The translations under genes and the position numbers were made by a program. Below are positions 13,501 to 27,588 of a stretch of 64,000 nucleotides of DNA, one piece after another. The stretch is from Octopus sinensis. Taxonomy: Eukaryota. The notes beneath the pieces were generated by a model, which was not told where the DNA came from, did not search any database, and saw nothing but the letters and a program-made list of their open reading frames with translations. Each line of letters starts with the position of its first letter. The first letter of the stretch is position 1. The stretch spans positions 28,458,001-28,522,000 of the forward strand of contig NC_042999.1 of assembly GCF_006345805.1 (NCBI RefSeq), read 5' to 3'.

Positions 13501-14339
13501 CTTGGAACATTATCGGGGTATTTCTTCTTCTTATTATTAATAAAATTTAATATCAATCAATTTGATTTTGTACATAATTGACGCGTGTGTCACTATTAAA
13601 AGAAAGAAATTTCTGAAAGTAATTTTGCTGCTTGAATATAAATTTAATTTCTGGAAGAGATTTGAAACTACCACCTATGTGTAGTATTACTATTTCTCAA
13701 CAACCAAGCCTACGGGGCCACCGAAGCAACAACGATCTGAATGAGAAATTTAAATACTTAAATCTGATGCGTGTGTCGAGTAAGGGAGAGAGGAAGTCAG
13801 AGAGAAAGTGAGGGAGTGAGAGTGAGTGGCTAATAGGTATTTGAATTCCTTTGTACGATTGAACTGAAATTGACTTCTGGATATTCCAGGCCTAACCACA
13901 CACACACAGAGATTTGTTTTAGGTGTTCTACCCATTTGAATTCGGCCATACACCGGATAACAGATGAAGTCTTATGTACCGAAATTTAAATTTTGAATTT
14001 GTTTTAACTATAAAATTACACCTCATCTAAAAAAAAACAACTTTTGGCTTTCGAATAGAACCTTTTCTTTCTCTTTCTATAGTTTTTGTTAAGTTACAAT
14101 TTCTCTGTTTTGGTCAGGATTTTTCCAATTTCTCTATTCTTGTATCAAGTAATGGACGAAAGCATTTTTAAAAAGCTAAATACAGAGAGCCAAACAAAAT
14201 CAAAAATGTTAATTCTATTTTTCCCTTTCCCTTAATCTGGCAGGACAAGAACATGCACAGCCAGTTCTTGAAGGATAAAGATGATATTGATTGGAATAGA
14301 AGCTGGCAGTGGCTGCAGAAATAAGTGTGCAGCGCTCAA

Positions 14340-15060
14340 GAACAACCTCTCATAATAAGTACTCAAAATATCAAGTTAATAAAAGTACTGATTCGCCACA
14401 GTGTAGGATGTGCTCTGAGAAGGGAGAAGTATAAGCCATATTGTTAGTGAGTGCTGTAAGCTCGCACAATGCAAATATAAACGAGACAAGACAATGTAGT
14501 CAGATATATCCACTGGCAGTTGTGTGGTAAAGCTAACCTCGAGAGAGCCGAAAAATAGCATGAACTCAAGCCAGAGGGAATAATGGAAAACGAACATTGC
14601 AAAATGCTCTAGGAATTTAACAAGTAGTGCAACCAAGTCATAGAGGCGAGACGATCAGAATTCGTGCACATCCATAAAGATGAAAAGTAAGTAACGATAG
14701 TAGATGTTGCAGTACCAGGCGATTTGAGGGTGAAATATAAGGAAACAGAAAAGATTGAGAAATACCGCCCACTGCAGAACGAGATAGGAAAGATATGGGG
14801 CATGTGAAAAGTAATGGTGATACCGGTGGTATTAAGAGCAGTTTCCAAGAGCTTTGTAAAATCAAATTAAGAATATCTGAGCTGCTTTCAGGCTCGGAGT
14901 GATCTAGAAGACATCACTGTTGGGTAAAGCTTCCATTCTAAGGAGAGTTTTGCTTTTTTGAGTCATAGGAGAAGGCACTACTTGAAACTTTTGGTGATTT
15001 GTTGTTGCCTGCTTTCAAGTAAACAATAACCGGTAATTAAGAATTATCCGTGAGTCTTTC

Positions 15061-15066
<6 letters not shown>
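14340..15066 (+). mobile_element. Dong/R4-type LINE 3' fragment (CCHC and REL) with (AAT)n tail
   Basis: CRMCSEKGESISHIVSECCKLAQ; IVDVAVPGDLRVKYKETEKIEKY; followed by (AAT)n at 15067-15270. Confidence 0.85.
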
Positions 15067-15121
<55 letters not shown>

Positions 15122-15146
15122 TAAAAATAAAAAAATAAAAATAATA

Positions 15147-15183
<37 letters not shown>

Positions 15184-15220
15184 TTTAATAATTTTAATAA
15201 TAAAAATTAAAATAATAATT

Positions 15221-15260
<40 letters not shown>

Positions 15261-15560
15261 TAATAATTTAAATTACTTAAAGTAAACAGCACGTGGGGCT
15301 AGTGTGTACCTATAGATGTTTAAGTACAAAAATTAATCACATATGCATTCCCATCTTTTCACAGATACACCCTACTGTTTGCAAAAGCTACAAACAAATA
15401 AAACAAACATTGATCATACAGTAATAATACTCGTAGTGATACTGATGATTAGGTCCCATAAATGACCAAGCGATTGCTGTACAGGTCACATATATTCCCC
15501 TCCTTACAAAAATTATTTTCTTCTGCTGCCCTCGAAGTCTTTCAAAAAGCCTATCTTGCT

Positions 15561-15687
<127 letters not shown>

Positions 15688-18600
15688 TGATTGTGGTGGT
15701 GCTGTTGTTGTTATTGTTGCTGCTGCTGCTCTTTCTGTTACTGCTAGTAATGCATAGATTCAACATTAAAGCCAGCAATTGACAACAGCGATAGAAAGTT
15801 TCCCAAAGACCAAAACAAGAACTACAACAACATCAACAACACAGGAAACAACTACAATCCAGCAACCCACCTATTCCTCTCGGACCCTGTGGATACAGAA
15901 CATAGCCTAGATACAGAAAAAAACAAACCGAAGATAACGAGGATTACAAATGAGCAGTGGACTCTGAGATATCATTCGGTATTCTAGAAAGCGTACTTAC
16001 ATTTCTTTCAAGTGTCACCTAAAATCTAAGGGGAAGGACACATCAGATAGTATAATTCTCTACGTAGCAGTCCATGTGAACAGCGCAGGGATTTGGTGCT
16101 ACCCCTTACCGTGCATAGGCCAGTGTAACCGGCGCGTCTATGGGAGGCCTGCAGCAAGTTGCGCTGGACGAATTTGGCGTCCCTAAGCCTTGGCCGGTAA
16201 TCAGCTTAGAGTTGGTGCTGTATTTGTGTAACCCTTTATATGAAAATATCAAACAAACAGCTGGGGTGCAAACCCTGTAAAAATAATTCTCATTCGTCTC
16301 ATTGATGACAACAGATTCAGCCCAAATAACGGAATGAAATGAATGAACGGAAAGACTTCCCTTAATGTCCTAGACACCATAATTCCCGTGCCCTGCAGAA
16401 GCCCCTTAGAGGACAAAAGAGTGGAAGGTCAGACACTGCCCAGTTGTTTTACTGGACAAAATATGCAACGTATCACGTCTGTCGTTATGAACAAAAATGC
16501 AATTAAGAGCCCACGATTATTTTTGTTATACAAATCCATTTCATATTTAAACCTAAGTTTTAATTGATGTATAAAGCGTATTTCGACAAATTTCGTGAGA
16601 TGAAATATTGAAAGTGTTATGCAAAAATTGAACCACATAAAGGAAAATTTTACTGCAAATGTAAATTGAGTAGTTAATGGAAAGATATTTTTGTCGAATT
16701 AAAATTATTCTAAATTTACAATTCATTTAATATTGCATCCATATGTTTTGTATGAAGATTGCTATAATCGGAGAATTCATTTAATTAAAAACATGGTGCC
16801 TACTTAGCTTAACACCTCCAGTATTTCTCTCTAATAAATGTAATAGTCAAGAATGTAACTAAAATGTTATACATAAGCACAGTATAATTCGAATTTGAAA
16901 TTACTCAATAGTTATAAGAATGGTGATTAAAACGTTGTTGCTAAAATGTGAGCCAAATACTTTTGAAGATACATACAAACAAAAAAGTACTTGAATGGCG
17001 ATTAATCAATAAAAGCAAGTTTGGCAAAGCAAGATTGACGAGGGAGAAGTATATTAGTAAAAGACAATTCACAATAGCCCCAGGAATATGTGGCGAAGGA
17101 GAATGGACAAAAGAGAGGTAGGAGGAATGGGAAGCGAGCGATAATTGATAGTCTTAGTGCTTCGAAGATGACAGACTGGAATCTGTCAATTGCGAGGCTG
17201 ACAACATATTAACAACTACTTAGATAGAAAAACTGAGAACAAGATTAGAAATATTTGAACTGGTGCCATTCAGCATTTGTTTAAAGAACATTCCGTAGAA
17301 ACGTTGTCATATACGATGCCAAGGAACTGTAGGAAGTTAATATATCAAGATAATCTTATCTGATATTGCAGTCCTGAACGAACTATAGAAGAGAAAAGGA
17401 CCGATGCTTTGCCAAACTTAATAAATTTTCTCTGACTATATATTATTAAAAAAATACACAGTTTGAAAATGTCTATGAATGTAACTTTAAATATATTGGA
17501 TTAGAAATATTCAACAATTTACACAAAGTGGCAAATGGTGTACAAATAAAAGAACGTCGGTTCAAGAATTTTCTATGTTTAGATTATAAGTATTTCAATT
17601 ATATTAATACAATAACTTATTCTAGAAAGCTATGATTTGCTATTCCACAGGACATGGGAAGCCAAACAGTTCAGTTGTGCCCTCTCATTACTTCTGTTTA
17701 AGAAATATAGACTATAGTAGAGAATAGTGTGTAAACAAAAGATTTTGGACATACAATGTACACATAAATGCTTACAAATAGACGCACACATATATATACA
17801 TGCACATATATATGCGTGCGTATGTATGGACATCTTTGTTTCTATTTCTCTTCCCCTCTCTCTTCTCTCTATCGCTTATAATATGTATAATCATTATAAG
17901 TAACAGGAAAAATCTGTAGTAATGCCGTACTACCTCTTCAATCGGATACATTTAATGGAGCAATGCTATCATTACATCAACTTAAATGCTGTGCTATCTT
18001 CAGCTGCACAAAATATAGAATTCATTTCACAAGTAGGATACGTTCTCTTTATCATCTATTAAATCTGAAACTAGAAAACTATGTCTATTTTGAATAAAGA
18101 ACAAGAGTAATTTTATTCAACTTAAGCCCCTAATTTAACTGAATATTAATTATTTCTTATTTGTTGGTCGTAATTATGTCAGAATGTCAGTGCGTAATTC
18201 CTGACGAAGAATCTAATTTTTAATTCATGAAGAGTTTTTCGTATTTGTCGCTGGAATTAAGTAGACTTCGAAACAATTTTAGAATGTATATTGGTTCTGT
18301 ACCATCCTGGATTATGAATTAAAGTTCGTCTACACTTACAATTTTACCTTTCCTTATACTTCATTTATTGTTATTTGGAAATACTGATTATATGCTTTTA
18401 TATGTATATACTTTACTTGGACTGTACATGCGGACTCGGACGTTTGACATCCCTTTGAAAGATTTCGGTCCTCACCTGTTATATATATATATATAAAACT
18501 GAAATGCGTTTTTACCGCTTGGTTCGCTTTCAATGCCACTACATCCCGTCCGATTCGCTCCAAAATTTACAGGGACATGTAGAATGAGGTGACGATGCGC

Positions 18601-18890
18601 GTGGGCTACCTTAGAAATCCCTATCTTAAAAGGTGTGGTTGCTAGGGGCCATCTTCCTACCTCACCCTATTTCCTCCAGTACTCTGTCACTCTCTTCATT
18701 TGACAATGCAACTACCGTTATTTAATGTAAAGTCTTCCTCAAATCGCTCTGTCGCTATTTACTCTCTTCCAAGAACATTTTCACTCACTCTTATCTCTTA
18801 CCTTCCTATACATTTTACTCATGTATCTATCAGCGTTCATGGACAGTAACAAATATTACATCGCCATAGCATTCTATTGTCTACCTGTCA

Positions 18891-18927
<37 letters not shown>

Positions 18928-19028
18928 CATATATCTAATATATTTTTATTTTTATGTTTTTGTTTTTGGTTTTTTACTGTTTCATTTCCCTATTAGTGGT
19001 TTTATCTCTAATTTAATTTCTACAGCGT

Positions 19029-19071
<43 letters not shown>

Positions 19072-19318
19072 TATGTGGCCCCAGTACACCCGAATGAAAT
19101 CGGGTTCTCTTCATGAAAATGTGAAAAGGGGTCTACAATTATCATCGCCACAACTTATGTATGTCTTCTTCACTCACTCACTCTTTTTCCTAATGATAAT
19201 TATCATCGCCACCACCAACACCACCAACACACAATCTGGACAATCTTTCTCTTATAACAAATCATGTTTACATTGCAACGACGTCTGCCACCTCCGCCGT
19301 CTCTATTTATTCTGCAAA

Positions 19319-19432
19319 TGACCAGAACTCGGGAAACTTGGTTGAGTCTTCTATGGTCTATGACCAGAAATCGGGAAACTTGGTTGAGTGTTCTATGGTC
19401 TATGACCAGAACTTGGGAAACTTGGTTGAGTC
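19319..19432. repeat. 42-bp minisatellite, about 2.7 copies
   Basis: Unit accagaactcgggaaacttggttgagtcttctatggtctatg at 19321, 19363 and 19405. Confidence 0.9.
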
Positions 19433-20121
19433 GTCATCTTATAAAATGTGGCCCCAGTAGACCCAAATGAAATCGGGTTATATTAACCAAAAGGTGAAAA
19501 GGGGCATAAATGGGGCTGGAAGGGGATTAAAATTTAAAGGAGCGAGTGTTTAGCAATTCTCTGTTATATCAAGCTAAAAAATTTGCTCCAGCCTTTTAAT
19601 CGTCAATGTGTTGCCGTCCATGATGAATAAGTTTTGAATGCTTGCCATCGTGAGTCTACTGTCGTGAGAAAGAATCAAGTCAAAACTTGGTTTTCAGGGA
19701 TTTTCTTTTACATCAAGTTCAAAATTTTACGCCAGCCGTTGAACTGTCAATACGTTGCTGTCCGTCGTTAAGAAATGCCAGCCATGGTGACTCTACTATC
19801 CTCAAATTCTATCCCTTCAAACTTTGGTTTCCAATATTTTATTATTTTTATTCAGCTCGCAAGTTCGTCTGTCCCTTTTAAATGTTAGTGTTTTGCTGTC
19901 TGTCTTGAAGCAGACCTTTCCTTTGTAACTGCCTGATATTTATGATTGATCTTTCTAAATATTTTATTTCTCAACTTACTCAAGATCTTTTGTTGTTTAT
20001 AAATGGGAGAGAGATACATAAAGATAGAGAGTAAGAGAAAGCGAGGGAGAGTCCGAGAGAAAGGAAGAGTAAGAGAGTGGGAAAGTGAGAGAGACAGGAG
20101 AAAGAAACAAAAAGGGAGAAT

Positions 20122-20432
20122 CATCATCATCATCATCATCGTTTAATGTCCGTTTTCCGTGCTAGCACGGGTTGGACAGTTTGACAGGGGTCTGGGAAGC
20201 CAGGAGGCTGCACCAGGCTCCAGTCTGATCTGGCAGTGTTTCGACAGGTGGATGCCCTTCCTAACGCCAACCACTCTGTGAGCGTAGTGGGTGCTTTTCT
20301 CGTGCCGCCTGCACAGGTGCCAGGGGGGCTGGCAGCGGCCACGATCGGTTGGTGCTTTTTACGTGCCACCAGCACAGAAGCCAGTCAAGGCGGCGCTGCA
20401 ATCCGCCACGTTCGGATGGTGCTTTTTACGTG
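20122..20432 (-). mobile_element. RTE-tailed SINE/LINE 3' end with internal short repeats
   Basis: Minus strand ends ...gcacggaaaacggacattaaacgatgatgatg (RTE-type (GAT)n tail); three gtgctttt(t)acgtg-like repeats. Confidence 0.7.
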
Positions 20433-20501
20433 CTGAAAGGAAGCAACAGAAAGTAACAACCACACTCTTACCCGCGCGTAGAGCGGGTCACCTTCAGCTA
20501 G

Positions 20502-20532
<31 letters not shown>

Positions 20533-21861
20533 AACAACGATAGTTGATACATGCTATCTATTAATTATCAATGCCCCAATAAATGCTCCTGTATAGATAT
20601 TTTCATAATTCATAGAACCCCAACTATACCATTTATGTAATATTATCTACCATTCTCGTTATTGTCACCACACTATCTCGTGATAACCACGAAACCATAC
20701 TTCAGTTGTTTATTCTTTTCTTTAAATTCAAAAAAGCTTTTTGCTTCACTCTTATTTAAATGCTTAATTGCCTTATGTACCCTTGATCGTAATTACATTC
20801 CCTTCTGAGATCCTAGTGTAATAAAGCTGGCACAAAATCAAATCAAATCTAATAGAATGAATACATATAACTGAAACATTATCTTCCAGGTTATGATAAC
20901 GAACTAGAGTGCGCGGTTCCTTTCTCTGTCTCACCCCTAACATGCTCAGTAACTGCCCTGAAGCTATAAGTGTTTTGAACGCTCAACCCACTAACTAACC
21001 TCTTAATGTCTTCCTAGCTTTGCTGTATTTTATGATCCAAAGCCATCCTCAGCTTGAATCAGCTTTGGCTCGCCCGCTGTTCGTATATTGTTTAAAATGT
21101 TATGTATCATTTGAAGAAAGCGGATTTGTTAGTTATGATGTAATGTGCTCATTAATCTATTAAAGAAATCCGTTGGAAACAGCTGTAATGAAGTGGCGCG
21201 TATCCATCATTTGTTATTTATTTGTTCATAATAAACTTCACTGGAGTCCCAACCCACCGATATTGTGGAATATACTAAATAACGTACACCCAATGCAATG
21301 TACACCTTTGGAGTAGATCTAAGTTGGGTGACAGACAACTTAGAGATTTTGTTTGTTTTTTTATCTCGCTCCCATTTGTTTTTAATTGGTGGTGTTGGAG
21401 TGCGGGCGGTCCGAATCTGACATTAGTTTCTCTTTGAGATTCCCAAATAATTTATTAATACTTTTATAGAATTGTCTGTCGGCGAATTGTCTGTCGACGA
21501 ATTGTACGCACACGACAGAATTCATATTTATTTATTACATATGAAAATAAAGATTACACAATTCACCACATAATGAAGAGTGTGCATGAAATTAAAGATA
21601 TCATATGGAGATACCAATTGCTAAAATCATCAGTGAGAACCTTACAAAAGGGCATTTGACACAGCCTGGTATACCAATATCTGTTTATATACAATCTAAT
21701 TCATGGGATTGCTATACTGTTCTCGATTCTGTAGTAATATAAGGTGAAGTTCATCTCAACAGGTTTGATCTTAGAAGTTAAAGAAACGAAAGAATTACTG
21801 AGAAGTATTCTGTGTGAGATTGAAATGTATCTGCCATAGTGTACGCGCGCGCATTGTAAGC

Positions 21862-21864
<3 letters not shown>

Positions 21865-21912
<48 letters not shown>

Positions 21913-21955
21913 ATATATATAATATATATATATATATTGTGTGTGTGTGTGTATG

Positions 21956-21986
<31 letters not shown>

Positions 21987-22028
21987 ATATATATATATGT
22001 GTGTGTGTATGTGTATATATATATATAT
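21865..22028. repeat. (TA)/(TG) compound microsatellite
   Basis: Directly visible. Confidence 0.95.
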
Positions 22029-22029
22029 G

Positions 22030-22910
22030 GTTGTTGTCTACACTCTATGCAGAGTTTGACCACCTCCTGTACCTACACCTTAGGACCATCATGGATCTGA
22101 TGTGGCTATTTAAACCAGACAATGTTCTGAAAAGACACCCACACAGATTGCACATCTGCTTTGGACCACCAAGAGCTGATGAAACTATAGGACAGTTTTA
22201 TGATGATCTACAACAATTATTAAGTAAAGTACCACTTTCTGATAAGCTGGTCATATTGGGAGATTACAATGCAAGAGTTGGAAAGGAATACGTTTCATAT
22301 CATGTTTTAGGTCGACATAGGATTGGAAAATGTAATAAAAACGGAGCAGCACTTTTGACGTTTTGTACTGAGAATAATCTAATTGTCACCAAGCAGCAAA
22401 AAAAACAAAAAAAAAAAAACACCTGGAGCACTGGCAATCTCATACATTATATTTTGATCAGAAAACGTGTTATGAAAGACGTTTATAGCGTTCGGGCCAT
22501 GAGGGTAGCAGAGAGCTGCACTGCTCATCGTCTAGTGCGTGGAAAATGGATTTTTCAATAATGCCTAAAACTTAACAGTCTGGTCCTAAACAACTCAAAA
22601 AGTGAAATGTTGCAATCATTAAATTACCAAGCAGCTTGCAAAGATTCCACGATGCTATAGAAAGTATCAATCTTGACCAAAGAATCTATGGGAAGATTTC
22701 AAAACAAAAGTATTTCAGGTTGCAAGTTCGTCTGTGGAATTTAAATCACATAAGTCCAGTGACTGGTTCTCAGATAGATCAGCAGAAATTCATGATTTAC
22801 TGTCAGAAAAAACAAAACTTAGACAATACACTTCTTTCACCAACTCAAACGAGGCTTACAGAAAGCTGAAAAGGAAAGTGCAGACTAATCTAAGGAAAAT
22901 TAAACAGGAA
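22030..22910 (+). mobile_element. RTE-clade LINE fragment (APE endonuclease and linker), decayed
   Basis: QFYDDLQQLLSKVPLSDKLVILGDYNARVG..LGRHRIGKCNKNGAALLTFCTENNLIVT; HYILIR..VRAMR..AHRLV; later WFSDRSAEIHDLL. Confidence 0.85.
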
Positions 22911-22935
22911 TATATATATATATATATATATATAA

Positions 22936-25855
22936 GGTGTCAGCCCTTCCATCAATGCACAAAAATGGAAGGTCCAATTCATTGAAGACTGGGTTGGTAA
23001 CCATTCACACCACATCCCTTTCTTCATTCTCACTGAGACCCACCTTGACAACTCCCACTTGGAAGCCGAAGTGAGAGTGAAGAATTTCACAACCATCCGC
23101 GCGGATCGTATCGGCAGGAGGAAGGGTGGAACTGCCATTTTCCTGCATGATTCATTTACGGCAGATGGAAATAGTATATTCTCCAACGGCTACTGTGAAT
23201 CAGTCACCGTGCACAACAAAGCCGATGACCTGACAGTAATTGGGCTCTATAGGCCGCCCCAAACACCCATACTGTGCTTTAAAGAATGCCTCAACAGCAT
23301 TAAGTGGTTTATTCAACAGTGCCATTCTAGCAACATACTCATGATGGGAGACTTCAATCTACCCTGTGTTGACTGGACTACAAACTGTTTGAAACCAAGC
23401 GCTCCCGCCTCAACCGCTGAAAAAGAAGCAGCAGAGTCACTTTTCGACTTTACGAATGAGTTTTTCTTGTCCCAACTTGTCCTTGCACCAACAAGACATC
23501 AGAACATTTTGGACCTAGTGTTTAGTAACCACACTAACACTATACATAACGTTACAGTGGAAAAAACCCTTCTTTCAGACCATGACATGGTTCTCTGTAA
23601 CATGAAATTCCACCAGCCGAAAGCTAATTCTAGTGACCTTCCTCCAGCCACCCATTTGACAACATGGATCTCCATAAAGCCAACTGGGATGCAATCAGGA
23701 ACGAGCTATCAAATGTTGACTGGTCCTTTACACATACACACATCTACACCAACCATAAAACATCTTGGCAGATCTTTGTAGACACCGTCACAGACATATG
23801 TGCAAAACACTCCCCACCAGACCTGTGAACAAAAAGTGCAGAATCCCCCAAAACAGAAAAACCATTATCAGAAAAATAAAAAGAACAAACAAAAAAATTA
23901 ACAAACTAAAGTACTGCCAACAACAACACACACATTCGACGGCTATCGCACTGCTTGAATCCAAAAAATATAACCTCCAACAATGCATGAAGACCCTCAT
24001 CAATAACCAAAGATCAGCTGAGGAGAAGTGGGCCATTGAAAAAATCAAACTCAACCCCAAAGTGTTCTTTTCATTTGCGAGGAAACGCAGGGTCACTGTC
24101 TCCACTGTAGGCCCTCTAATTGACGAAACTGGCACTCTCCAAGATAATGCCAAATCCATGGCCGAGATACTGCAGAAACAATACTGCTCTGTTTTCACCA
24201 AACCTGATATGGCCGATCTGGGCTGTATCAGTGATGTCAACCCCCAACACACTATATCGGACATAACGTTTAGTGCCCCTGATGTCTTAGCGGCGATAAA
24301 CGAAATAAAACACAATTCAGCAGTAGGCCCCGATAGGTTCCCTGCTTGTGTCCTGAAGGTGTGTCGACACCAACTTGCATCTCCCCTTGCTAATCTGTGG
24401 AGAAACTCACTGGATGCTGGCTATATTCCAAAAAACCTTCTGTCCCAGTCTGTTGTCCCAGTTTTCAAAAAGGGAAACAAGTCCCTTGCAGTGAATTACC
24501 GTCCGATCTCACTCACCTCTCATATCATCAAGGTATTTGAGAGGGTGGTGAGATCTCGAATAACCCAATTTCTGGAAAGCAACAGACGGCTGATCTCCAA
24601 CCAACATGGGTTCCGTAATGGAAGGGACTGCCTAACGCAGCTCCTGCATCACTTTGAGGACATTTTGAGAGCTTTGGGAGAGGGCTCCAACACCGATGTC
24701 ATCTACCTTGATTTCAGTAAGGCCTTCGACAGGGTCGATCACAAGATCCTATTGAAAAAACTATCCAACATTGGTGTCTCTGGAAAGTTACTGAAATGGA
24801 TTAAGTGTTTCCTGACAGACAGATCTCAACATGTTGTAGTTGAAGGGGTAAAATCAAGCCCAGCCAAAGTCAGTAGTGGCGTTCCGCAAGGCACTTTGCT
24901 GGGCCCACTTCTTTTCATCATTTACATTAATGACATTAATGACATCATCAAGCACAGCAACATAAAAATCTTTGCAGATGACTCCAAGCTACAGAAGGTC
25001 ATAAATGAGGCGAGTGACCGGACATGCCTTCAGTCAGATCTACTGGCTGTTATCCAATGGGCAGAAAAAAACAATATGCTGCTGAACGAGGATAAATTTG
25101 AGCTAATCCACTTTGGAAAAGAGGATGCCCTGAAACTCCCATACTCCCTTCCTTCAGGTGAAACTCTCGCGGCGTCCAACAACATCAGAGACTTGGGAGT
25201 AATTGTGGACAACAACGTAAGCTGGGCCACTCATATAAACACCAAAGTTGACATGGCCCGCAGAATGTGTTCCTGGATTTTCAGAACTTTCCAGTCGAGA
25301 GATATCCACACCATTATCCTTCTCTTCTCCACTTTTGCCCGACCCCACCTTGAATACTGTTGTCCACTGTGGTCTCCCCACACAATACAAGGTATCATAA
25401 AAGTTGAAGCACCTCAAAGGGCAATCACAAAAAAAGATGGCATGACAGGCCTCGACTATTGGGGTCGACTAGAAAAGCTAAAACTCTATTCTCTCCAACG
25501 TCGTCGTGAGCGCTACATCATCTGCATGATGTGGAAAATATTCCATCAGCATTGCCCAAATGATGTTGGCATCACCTTTAAAGTACATCCAAGGCTTGGG
25601 CCCCGTGCCATCCGCCCAAAACAAAAATCGCACTCTCATCTCATAACAACAATACGGCACAGTTATTTCACCTCAATTGGCCCCGCTCTCTTTAACATTA
25701 CACCAAAACACATTAAAACAGAAACTGACCCTATAGGGTTCAAGAAGTCTTTGGACAGATTCCTTCAAGAAATCCCGGATAAACACCCTACACCCGGATA
25801 TGTCTCTGTAAACAATAACTCTCTACTTGAGTGGGCCATAGTGCCCAAATTCTGA
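22936..25855 (+). pseudogene. CR1 ORF2 (APE-RT) broken by two frameshifts near 23645 and 23820
   Basis: APE frame runs to ~23645; linker HPFDNMDLHKANWDAIRNELSNVDW..SWQIFVDTVTDICAKH is in a second frame; the RT is in a third frame to the stop at 25855. Confidence 0.85.
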
Positions 25856-25945
25856 CTTGAAATACTTCACCAGGTGGTGCTATTAAGTTAGACATGGCCT
25901 GGGCCAATAATGGCCGAAACCTATCAAAGTATCAAAGTATCAAAG

Positions 25946-25947
<2 letters not shown>
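22936..25947 (+). mobile_element. CR1-clade LINE, 5'-truncated at the start of ORF2, young
   Basis: APE (ILTETHL, MGDFNLP, PTRHQNILDLVFSN, SDH) and RT (QHGFRNGRDCLTQLL, YLDFSKAFDRVDH, SGVPQGTLLGPLLF, FADDSK), C-terminal YSLQRRRERY; (TATCAAAG)x3 tail; (TA)n on both sides. Confidence 0.93.
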
Positions 25948-25991
<44 letters not shown>

Positions 25992-26028
25992 ATATATATA
26001 TATATAATATATATATTATATATGTATG

Positions 26029-26074
<46 letters not shown>

Positions 26075-26123
26075 TGTGTGTATGTGTGTGTGTATGTATG
26101 TATATATATATGTTTGTGTATAT

Positions 26124-27545
26124 ATTATATAAAAGGGCTTAGTAAAATAAATTACTTTGCCGCATACTGAACTCATTAGAAATAGCAGCTAAAAAACTTT
26201 TTTAAAGCTATTTCTAATACTTAAAGAAAATCTCTCTCATATATAGTGTTTGCTTAATTCAACTCACAAAAGTTTGGGGGTAAGGACATCGAAAAATCAA
26301 ATGCTAAGGTTATTCGAGAACGTACGTTTCAAGATTAGTCAAAACAACACTTCTATCATCGGCTCAGAAATTCCTTGGTTTGGATTTGGAAACACTGAAA
26401 ATAAGAACATACCCTTTCGAAGATCTGCTCCCAACTAACAGTGCCAACAAATTCAAATAAGCAAGCGAAGAATCTCTGTTCTCCCCTTTCCACCAGCGTG
26501 GGTTAAAATCATCAAACACTATGCTTATTTCGGTAAAATCCGAAGCATTAATCAGAGGGAGATTAATTAATTTCAACAATTGAGGGCAAAATTAATTAAT
26601 TATTAATCAATTTCACCAAGTGTTCAGTATGCAAAGGGACCATTCAAGCGAATTCAAATTATTACATTATATAAAAGGGCTTAGTAAAATAAATTACTTT
26701 GCCGCATACTGAACTCATTAGAAATAGCAGCTAAAAACTTTTTTAAAGCTATTTCTAATACTTAAAGAAAATCTCTCTCATATATAGTGTTTGCTTAATT
26801 CAACTCACAAAAGTTTGGGGGTAAGGACATCGAAAAATCAAATGCTAAGGTTATTCGAGAACGTACGTTTCAAGATTAGTCAAAACAACACTTCTATCAT
26901 CGGCTCAGAAATTCCTTGGTTTGGATTTGGAAACACTGAAAATAAGAACATACCCTTTCGAAGATCTGCTCCCAACTAACAGTGCCAACAAATTCAAATA
27001 AGCAAGCGAAGAATCTCTGTTCTCCCCTTTCCACCAGCGTGGGTTAAAATCATCAAACACTATGCTTATTTCGGTAAAATCCGAAGCATTAATCAGAGGG
27101 AGATTAATTATAATTTCAACAATTGAGGGCAAAATTAATTAATTATTAATCAATTTCACCAAGTGTTCAGTATGCAAAGGGACCATTCAAGGCGAATTCA
27201 AATATTACATTATATAAAAGGGCTTAGTAAAATAAATTACTTTGCCGCATACTGAACTCATTAGAAATAGCAGCTAAAAAACTTTTTTAAAGCTATTTCT
27301 AATACTTAAAGAAAATCTCTCTCATATATAGTGTTTGCTTAATTCAACTCACAAAAGTTTGGGGGTAAGGACATCGAAAAATCAAATGCTAAGGTTATTC
27401 GAGAACGTACGTTTCAAGATTAGTCAAAACAACACTTCTATCATCGGCTCAGAAATTCCTTGGTTTGGATTGGAAACACTGAAAATAAGAACATACCCTT
27501 TCGAAGATCTGCTCCCAACTAACAGTGCCAACAAATTCAAATAAG
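26124..27545. repeat. Head-to-tail tandem array of a ~542-bp unit (2.6 copies)
   Basis: aaaagggcttagtaaaataaattac starts at 26131, 26673 and 27216; visible differences are mainly small indels; third copy truncated. Confidence 0.95.
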
Positions 27546-27553
27546 TGCGTTTG

Positions 27554-27588
<35 letters not shown>

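Noticed and set aside
19319-19432. CRISPR-like array
   Set aside because: The units are contiguous with no unique spacers, the context is eukaryotic, and there are no cas genes; this is a minisatellite. The short repeats at 21469-21507 and 60157-60225 were rejected for the same reasons.
23788-24315. 175-aa minus ORF and other antisense ORFs over the CR1
   Set aside because: Shadow frames of the CR1 ORF2.
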